Origin: Eledone cirrhosa
Taxonomy: Eukaryota
Direction of reading: 5' to 3'
NCBI GenBank assembly: GCA_964016885.1
Contig: OZ024741.1
Coordinates: 60,264,001 to 60,328,000, forward strand
DNA length: 64,000 nucleotides
Part shown: positions 55,705-64,000 of the stretch, in pieces
How the letters are laid out: each line of letters starts with the position of its first letter
Position numbering within the stretch: the first letter of the stretch is position 1
The notes under the pieces: model-generated
Seen by the model: the letters and a program-made list of their open reading frames with translations, nothing else
The model's database searches: none
What the model was told of the DNA's origin: nothing
Made by a program: the position numbers and the translations under genes

Positions 55705-58700
55705 CAAAAGTTATGAAACGAAAGGAACTGTCTGGTTACTAAAAACAAAGTTTAGGATGTTGGTTAGGAGGGAATAGGAGAAAGGAATTTCCATCGTCAG
55801 CTGTTATTGTATCCCGAACCGGAGTTTACATACATTTAAAGGAGCCGTGTGAAAAATATAAAAAATAAAATTAAACAATCGAAGTCCTCAATAGACGTGG
55901 GTCGCAAACATCCTCGAAAAAATGTGAAACCCACTTCCTCAGGAGCACAAAGAGCGGTGCTCCCTTCCTCTCCCCCTTCTCCTCCTCTCTCACCTACAGG
56001 CTGATATAGAGAGAAGGCCCATTCACTAGGGCCATTCTCGCCACTTTCACCCACCATTCTGATCCTTCTTCTAAAATGGTATTTGAAAATAAGGACCAGT
56101 TGTTGGTTGGATAGAAAGGTGTCTGACCCCAACCTTTTCAACCTCGTCCACCATACAACCTCTTTAGCCATAGCTATCACACAGAGGAAAACCGCCTCTC
56201 CTTCGTTTTTGAAGGGGGGAGGCGGTTTGATCGTGACAATGTACTCGGTGGTCAACCGGATTGGGCCCACCCGAGACAGTAGTCATTCCACATAGCCCCA
56301 CAGGTCAGCAACGCCCGGGCAGTGTACGAATATGTGCGCGTCGGTTTCCTCGTCACGCACGCATCTCGGACAGATCTTTTTTGAGAGGTACCTACCCGGG
56401 CGCCCGTGTCTATTGAGCTTGTCCCGAACGGGTAGAGCTCCTCAATAGCACTGCCAAGCCAGGGACTTTTGGAAGTTGTCCACCGGTCCCCGTCAAACGT
56501 CCTACCGAACAGACTGGCTAGTTCGTCTTCCTCTATGCCCAGAGCTTCTCCGAGAACGTCGTCGCACTTGCTGAGTACCAACCCTCTATAGAATGTCGAG
56601 GTGGAGTCTCCACTGATTGCCGGATCCGCTTTCCAGAGGGCCGTGAGCGCCTGAGCACATTCAATGTGCCAGTCGCCCACTTTTCTCGGTCTTTCCTTGA
56701 CCCAGGATTGCAGCTCGGTGAGCGTGACTAGTCTCGGAAAGGCTCACCTCACACGAGAGGCCCACACCGGTTGACCGGTGAGGAATACCTGGAGGTGCCG
56801 TAGCATAAATGCGTGTTTACGCATTGTCAGCCATGGCATCCTCAGCCCTCCGTTAGAAGCGTGTTGACAGCAGATGGATCTTCTCACCAAAGGGGCCCGC
56901 TTCTTCCAAAGGAATTGGAAGAGCGCGGGCTCCATTTTGGCGAGCGTTTTCGCTGGGCAAGGCACGACGGTCAAACGGTAGTAGATGACGGACGCTATAT
57001 AAGTGTTCGCCACCTCCGCTCGACCTTTCAGGGATAGTTTTCACTCGGCCCACTTCTGGTCGAGTGCAAACACCCAGCCCGTTACCTCGTCCCAGTTTTT
57101 CTCCACCTAGAGGTCTGGTCCGAACCAGACCCCGAGCAGCTTCACCGGTCCCTTCGTCCAGCGTCCGACGACGCCGTAGGAGGGAATCGGTTTGCCTCTC
57201 CACGTTCCTAGTTGCAAACCGACGGACTTGTCCCGGTTCAGCTTAGCTCCTGTAAACCTTTCGTATTCCTCCAGTAAGGTGCCGATGTGCCCGATTTCCG
57301 AGGCGCACGACACCATTACTGTCACGTCATCGGCGTAGGCCGACGCCGGTTTTTGCAATCCCGGTTCAAAGGGGATGCCCTCTTACAGCTCCAACTTCCG
57401 CTGTAGTGGCTCGAGAGCCAGTACATACAGAAGGGAGGAGAGAGGGTATCCCTGTCGGATGGATCGCGTGATTTCGAACGGCTCCGAGAGGTAGCCGTTC
57501 ACTTTGACCCCCGAACAGATGTTGCTGCTGTGCATTGCAGCAATTAAGCCCCTGAAAACGGGTCCGAAGCCTGCTGCCGCGAGCACCGCATCCAGGTACC
57601 GATGCTCGACCCTGTCTAACGCCTTAGATTGATCCAAGTTGATCATGGCCCCACCAAAACCGGATTCATTCCCTACCCTCTCAACGATGTATCGCATGAG
57701 GTGGAGGTTGTCGTGTATGGACCTGGACGGGATTGGGCATTTCTGCGCTTCTCCCACCAGGTTCCCGACGACAAGCGCCAACCTCTTCGCTAACACCTTG
57801 GCCAAAATCTTTAACTCTGTATTTTGTAGAGTTATGGGCCTGAAGTTATCTATGTCATTCCTCACTAGCGTGACTACGCCCTTGGTCATACAACTGGGAA
57901 TTCTATTGCCAGTTGCAGTTGACCGCCTCGAGGAGATCAGAGAACATCCGTGCACATCCGCTCAGGTTCAAGGATCACACGTCCATCCATGTCCTTCAAA
58001 GACCAAATCGTGGACTTGTTTCCACTTTTTGCCTCTGCCACTCGGGCTCAGCTAACAGCTTTGGCTCCCTCGTTATGCAGAGCACGTATTTAACTCCTGA
58101 CAACGCAGCCCTCGTGCTTCGCGTCAAAGAACTGGTCTAGGGCCGTTCTTGACGCCAGCACACCGGCCACGTTGCCACTCCTAGTGGCCTCTTCTATTCT
58201 ATCTATCAATTCCCTTTCATTTCTATTCCTATCTAATGCTAATTCCTGACTAAAACCTATAGATTCTATTCTATTTGCTCTCTTGAGAGATCCCCACCAC
58301 CTGCTTTTGTCAACCGCTGCTTAACTAAAGTGCTAATCCGTTTACTGTAAGTTTTGTTTGTCGGTAAGGACAAGTTTAGCTTCCAGTAACCGGGTCCCTG
58401 TCTATGGATTCTATCAAGGTTGACTACGCAGGTCACTAACTTGTGATCCGAATAGTCAACGATGAACATTCGTGGACAGCTTAATATGTCCCTATCCTTA
58501 TTTTAAACTAGGAACCTATCTAGATACGACCTAGATGTTCCATGCGATATAGTCGATATCTATCGGCCGGGTCAAATCGACCGATTAACCGTTTGTGGCT
58601 GTTACACCCCCCTCTATCGGGACATGCCCCTACATAGTCCCAACGTGCATCCAGGATACCATTCCAGTCCCCCGCTAAAAGCAAGGAGCGAGACGTTCCC

Positions 58701-60830
58701 AGAAAAGTCTCTAGACGTTGAAAGAAGTCCGGCCCCGGTGTCCCAGATGGGGCATACGCTGCCACCAGCCTGAAGGCTCCACTTTCACTACTGCCGACGT
58801 CTAGAACCACCAGTCGGCGCTCCGGTTCCAGGTGTACCTTCTGTGTTGCGAGGTCCAGGTGTTTTCGCAGCAGAACGACAACCCCATCCCCACCCCTCGG
58901 CTGACAGAGAGATGTATAGATCTCAATGTCGTCGAAGATGGGGGCCAGTTGCTGCTCGCTGCTGATCCTGGACTCGCAAATAGCTATTACATCTATTCTG
59001 TGCGACCTGAGGTCATTGAAGAATTTGCACTGCTTCCAGGACATCCCCAGGCCGTGCACATTTAAACATCCAACTATTATAACAGCCATATGGGTGGTGA
59101 AGTGTTAAAGTGGAGAAAAAGAAAAGACACCTAACTCTCCGTCTCCTGGGGACCAGGCTGCACAATTTCCATGGGGGTGTTGGATGGGTTGTTTGGTGGG
59201 GTGGTGGTTTGGAGTGTGGTGGGACATCAGTGTGTGGTGGGGTCGAGGTGTTTGGTAGGGGTATCTGGGGTGGTGGTGGGGAAACATTTCAAAAGGACGT
59301 GGTTTGAAGGTCTAGTACAGGGGTTCCCCACGTCCTTGGGAAAGTTTTGTTTGAGCATTGCGTAGGTGTTTCTTGGGACCCTAATCATTTTTAAATGCGG
59401 TTTATTCGCCGCGTTGGTGAACATTTTCCCTTTGGTTTCCAGCGAAGGGTCATTGTTTATTGTTTGTACAAGTGTTTTGTTGTTTGTGTTGATGTATGTA
59501 TAATGTTTTTTGTTGTGTTGTGTTTATTTTTGTTTGTTCTGTTTGTTCTGTTTGTGCTGGTGGTTGTGTGTTTGTTGCATTTTTGTTAATGTGGTGCCTT
59601 CTTTTCTTTCTTTTTACTGGTTGAAAGGGCTCTCCCTCGTCGTCACTGGGTGACGTTGATAAGGGGTCCTCGTCCGTGTTGTTGGGGAGGGGTATATTTG
59701 GGGTTTTGTTGTGGTTGCGGGTGCTTTCGTATTTGTTTTATGTGGGGAAGGGTTAGGTGGGAAAATGTCTTGTGTTGTTATTTGTTCGTGTTGTTGTGGT
59801 TGTTGTTGTTGTTGTTGTTGTTGTTGTGGTGGTGGTGGTGGTGGCGGTGGTGGTGGTGGTGGTGGTGGTGTTGTTGTGTGTGGGGTGGGCAGAAGCGGTT
59901 TTTTTTGAGGGGGGAGGCATTTAAACGAGGACAGGAAGCCCTCAGGTGACCACTGCTTGAACAGTGGTAGCATGATGGCCGGCTGCCCTCAACATAAATG
60001 TTTATGAAAGCGAGTCCAGCCAGGGACACATGCTGCGGTATTCTTGCTATCCGTTCTGGTCTCATTTGGACTAGAACTTCAAGGCTATTGCCGCCGAATA
60101 CGCCCCTGGTGGATTCGCCTATGGAAAGGATTGTGTCCTCATCTTGTAAGAATCCCGTTAGCACCCATCAAATGCTCGCATTTGGCCTGATGCCCGAGAT
60201 TCTTATCTTCTGTGTTCTTTTCGCCAAATATGTAGGGAAAAGGGTGTATAACTTGGATACAATTTGCGACACAGAATATTTCTGTGCCATCAATTGATCT
60301 GTCATTAAAACAATTGAGCCGGTTTCCTAGTTGCGTTAGAAATTGTCCTGAAGGTTGTGGTCCTCAGGACTGTGTCTCTTCTAATTTCTTGGGGGGGAAG
60401 TAATTGTAAATTCCCCACCTTCCCCGAAAGTTACATAATTTCTTGCTTCTTTTAGCAATTCCTTGGCATTTGAGATATCCAGTGGCTTGTATGTTTGCGT
60501 TTCTCGGACCGCCTGTGCGAAAGAGACGCCAGTTGTGGGTCCGTTTTCTTTGGTGTTGTTGTTGTGATCATTGTTGTTGTTGTTCTTCGTCTTGACTTCA
60601 TTTTTTTTCTTTGTTGGTGTTGTCATTATTGCTGTTGTTGGTTGTGTTGTTATTGTCATTGATGTTGTTGTTTGCGTAATTGTAACTTTTGGGGTTTGCA
60701 CCCATTTCCACAATTTTTTCCGTTAATTCAGTGTTCAAGGTGTCTTTTGCGGGAGTGAGGAGGGAAGGCTTAGAGCGTTGTGCTGCTACCTTCTCTCTAT
60801 CACTTTCGGGGGGGGGGGGAATATGTCGTA
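55705..60830 (-). mobile_element. Near full-length decayed Tx1/L1-clade LINE (ORF1 with CCHC knuckle; ORF2 APE plus RT)
   Basis: ORF1 RPSCYHCSSSGHLRASCP. ORF2 from ATG 59089: GCLNVHGL, AGDWN, SDHKLV, GPGYWKLN, NFRPITL..KILAKVLAKRL, LDQSKALDRVEH, RQGYPLS, YADD. Multiple stops and frameshifts; ends approximate. Confidence 0.92.
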
Positions 60831-61047
60831 TGCGATGTACTAATAGAATCCATTATCGCCAAACGACTTTTCGTAAACAAATTATAAATATTAAATTTCG
60901 CCCCAAAAAGGGGCGAAAATTATTTAACCCAACGTTTGCAGGTCCAGTTTGTTAAATAACAAATTATTTAACAAACTTACAGTTTCTTGTAATAAATATC
61001 CAACAAAATGTAGGAGCGAAACGAAAACACGTCTATCATCTCCGAAA

Positions 61048-61135
<88 letters not shown>

Positions 61136-61189
61136 ACGAATAAATTAAGTAGAAACTTCGAAATCGCTGACAGATTTTTACCCCTATCA

Positions 61190-62055
61190 CCACCATTCGC
61201 CAACAAGAACAACAACAGCAGGAGCGGTACCAATAACAGTGTTTGGTTTAGAGATTCTTCTACAAATCAAAACCGAGGACATAAAAATATCCCGGACCAT
61301 GGAAAATTACGGACGGGTACGAAGTACAAGTTGTAACTGAGGGAAACACTGCTTTGTATGTGAGGAATCCACACATCGCGAATGAGGGGGAGATATTTGG
61401 CACCAGCACATTTAGACGAAAGACGAATATAGCTAAGAGCCGATAAAGAAATTAGGGATTGCTTTCTAAGTGACATGGGAACCCCTAATGTAAAATCCAC
61501 AGGCTGGCTTTTAAAGAGGTTCCCAAAAGAAACCCCACCAGACATGGGTGTGGAACAACCCGACCTACACGAACACCCGGAGGATTAGCAAACTTTTTTA
61601 ATTTAATCAACCAGCCAACATGGCTATTATAAAAGCAGGTTACATAAATGTTCGTGGCATGGGGTAATTCTGGAAGCAATGTCATTTACTGAATGACATC
61701 AGGTTACTAGATTTGGATGTGTCTGCCGTCAGCGAGGCCAGATTTTCTGACACGCGTGCACTAGTCCCCATTTTTTACGATTATCATATCTTCGCATCTC
61801 TTAGTCGGCCGGGAATGGGAGATGGGGTAGCAGTGCTGTTTAGGTAAGGCCTGGATCACGAGGTAAGGACGATCTTCCTAATCCTGGACGGTAATTTGGT
61901 GGTCATCAACGTGAGCAATAGCGGCAGGATTTCTTTAGGCTCCATGAAACCTTTCTAAGAACGTCTCACCCTCTACCGTTAGCAGGTTACTGGAACGGCT
62001 TCATAGACTCACGCCGGGATTGTGTGAGAGTAGCTGATAGGAGCGGTTGGTGTAA
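61190..62055 (+). mobile_element. Fragment of a related Tx1-like LINE (ORF1 end plus APE start)
   Basis: ATG 61620: MAIIKAGYINVRGMG*FWKQCHLLNDIR..SEARFS..GDGVAVLFR, paralogous to the 59089 ORF. Confidence 0.8.
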
Positions 62056-62162
62056 AAAACTATTTTTTATGTTATATTATTTACTGGATTTTATTGTAAA
62101 GTCTCTGTCTATATGTCAGACCTTGTTGCTAATAAAGAAATTATCATTATTATTATTATCTA

Positions 62163-62352
62163 GGGCGGTGAATTGGCAGTATCGGTAGAGGGTCGGACGC
62201 CATGCTTTAACGCATAGAGTTACGGCCCTTGCCATTCTGTGTTCAAATCCCGCCGAGGTTAACTTTGCCTTTCATCCTTACGAGGTCGATAAAATAAAGT
62301 ACCAGTAATGTAATGGGTATTTGCTGGCCTTGTGCCAATAGTAGAAACAATT
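62163..62352 (+). mobile_element. tRNA-derived SINE
   Basis: Full head and body as at 35672. Confidence 0.9.
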
Positions 62353-62395
62353 ATTATTATCTTCAGTATCTTTATATTTAATCATATTAAAGGTA

Positions 62396-62728
62396 AAGGT
62401 AAAGACCCTTCTTCGGTCACGAATGACCTTGGGATATGAACCTAAAAAGGCACAAGTTGGGGCAAGGTTGATTTTTGAAGACCAGTAGTCGCCCATGCAT
62501 ACCAACCTCACTTCTTCACGCCACCGATGTTGCCCAAGGAAAAAGCAAAGGCCGATACTGTTTGGCACAAGTGACGTTGCAACTCATTCATGCAATTGAG
62601 TGAACTGGAGCAACGTGAAATAAAGTATTTTGCTCAAGAACACAACGCAAAGTTCGGTCCGAGAATAAAACTCACAACGTCACGATTGTAATCCCGATTC
62701 TCTAATCACTAAGCCATGCGCCTTCACG
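62396..62728 (-). mobile_element. tRNA-derived SINE (second family) with ccttta-repeat tail
   Basis: gaaggcgcatggcttagtg head at 62725; tail aaaggtaaaggtaaag at 62390-62405. Confidence 0.75.
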
Positions 62729-63061
62729 CGGAATCATATTATTTCTATTAATATTAGTTTCTATACATGTTAACTGGAAATTATTGAGGTATTCTATAAA
62801 GAAATTAGTCTCCTGATTTTTTTCATTGCAAGAATTTGTACTTCCCACTTCACATAATGATGGAATTGGTTATTTTATTCTTCTTGCATACATTTCGTTG
62901 CATATCAAGAAAATGTCGTCACGCGTTAGCATTATGTTTATCTATATTTCAAAGCAATATTGTGTTGTAATAATTTTGAAATATATATATCTGCATCTAC
63001 GGATTTACATTTCTCAGTTTCAGAAGATCCTGCTTTAGGGTGAAATCGGAAATTGCTTATT

Positions 63062-63167
<106 letters not shown>

Positions 63168-64000
63168 TATTATATTATATTATATTATATTACATTATAT
63201 ATATATATATTTGAAAAAGAGAACAATGGCTGCACTTGTGGTTGGTGTTCTTTAACAATTCAAATGTGTTCAGTAAGTATTTATTGTTATTAGTTCTGGT
63301 TATAGATATGTGCAGGTATATGTATATGTTACTTTCAAATGTATGATAGGCTGTGATACTTAGATTACATCAACGAGCAATCCCCCAAAGTAACATATGC
63401 CAGCTTACAATAGATGAACTTTTAAATCAACTCCATTGTGTTTACAACAAATGTTGAACGACCGACATCACACACACTGTCCGTCTTGAATCTCATATGT
63501 GATGGGTCAAACTACTCTTCATTTATTGTATGAGTATTTTCATTCCCTATCAATGTTAAAAGCTACTTTATCAATGAAGATTGTTAGATCTAGGCTTATA
63601 TTATGACGGAATTCTTAAATAATTTATCATCTAACTCCTGCATAGCTTAAAATTGCTTTCATATTTCGCAATCTGATAAGTGGCAATTTCATTGCTGTAA
63701 TGATATTTTAGCTCTCTGTCCTTGAGTGACTATTAAATAAATACACGCCGGCTCTAAAGTTTTGCCTCGTTCTAAAGAATAAATCGATACCAGTTTTTCA
63801 TTTCGTTACATAGGTGATCAACAATGCTTAATGATCAATTTGATTAATATTCATGCAATAAGGTTCGAATATCCAAGAGATTAGTTCTTTATTTTTATCT
63901 ATTGATACGCTGTTTAGTTTGAAGTAGAAGTGCTTCCATGTTAGTGCTTATTATAGAGGTTACAAATATACAACACATCCATCGTCAGCTCTGACCATAG

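Overview
AT-rich eukaryotic (animal) genomic DNA with no host protein-coding gene that I can support. Its tRNA-derived SINEs and very long (TA)n/(CA)n/(GA)n tracts resemble octopod cephalopod repeats (recalled similarity, not a database result). Most ORFs in the supplied track are microsatellite artefacts. The real coding remnants are transposons: RTE LINE pieces (two with C2H2 fingers), a nearly full-length decayed Tx1/L1-clade LINE plus a head-to-head fragment, a CRE-like RLE fragment, two internally deleted Tc1/mariner elements, and several GIY-YIG Penelope-like element (PLE) fragments. The main signal is a dense set of short insertions in (TA)n tracts carrying type I hammerhead ribozymes. 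I folded about 18 by hand, plus about 6 degenerate ones, from at least 10 sequence families. Four are non-coding and circularly permuted or terminally redundant, with units of about 552, 520, 670 and 430 nt, as expected for retrozyme-like circular RNAs copied by PLE reverse transcriptase. Many insertions share an asymmetric fold-back layout with two fixed 3' ends. An 18S rRNA fragment also sits in a TA tract.
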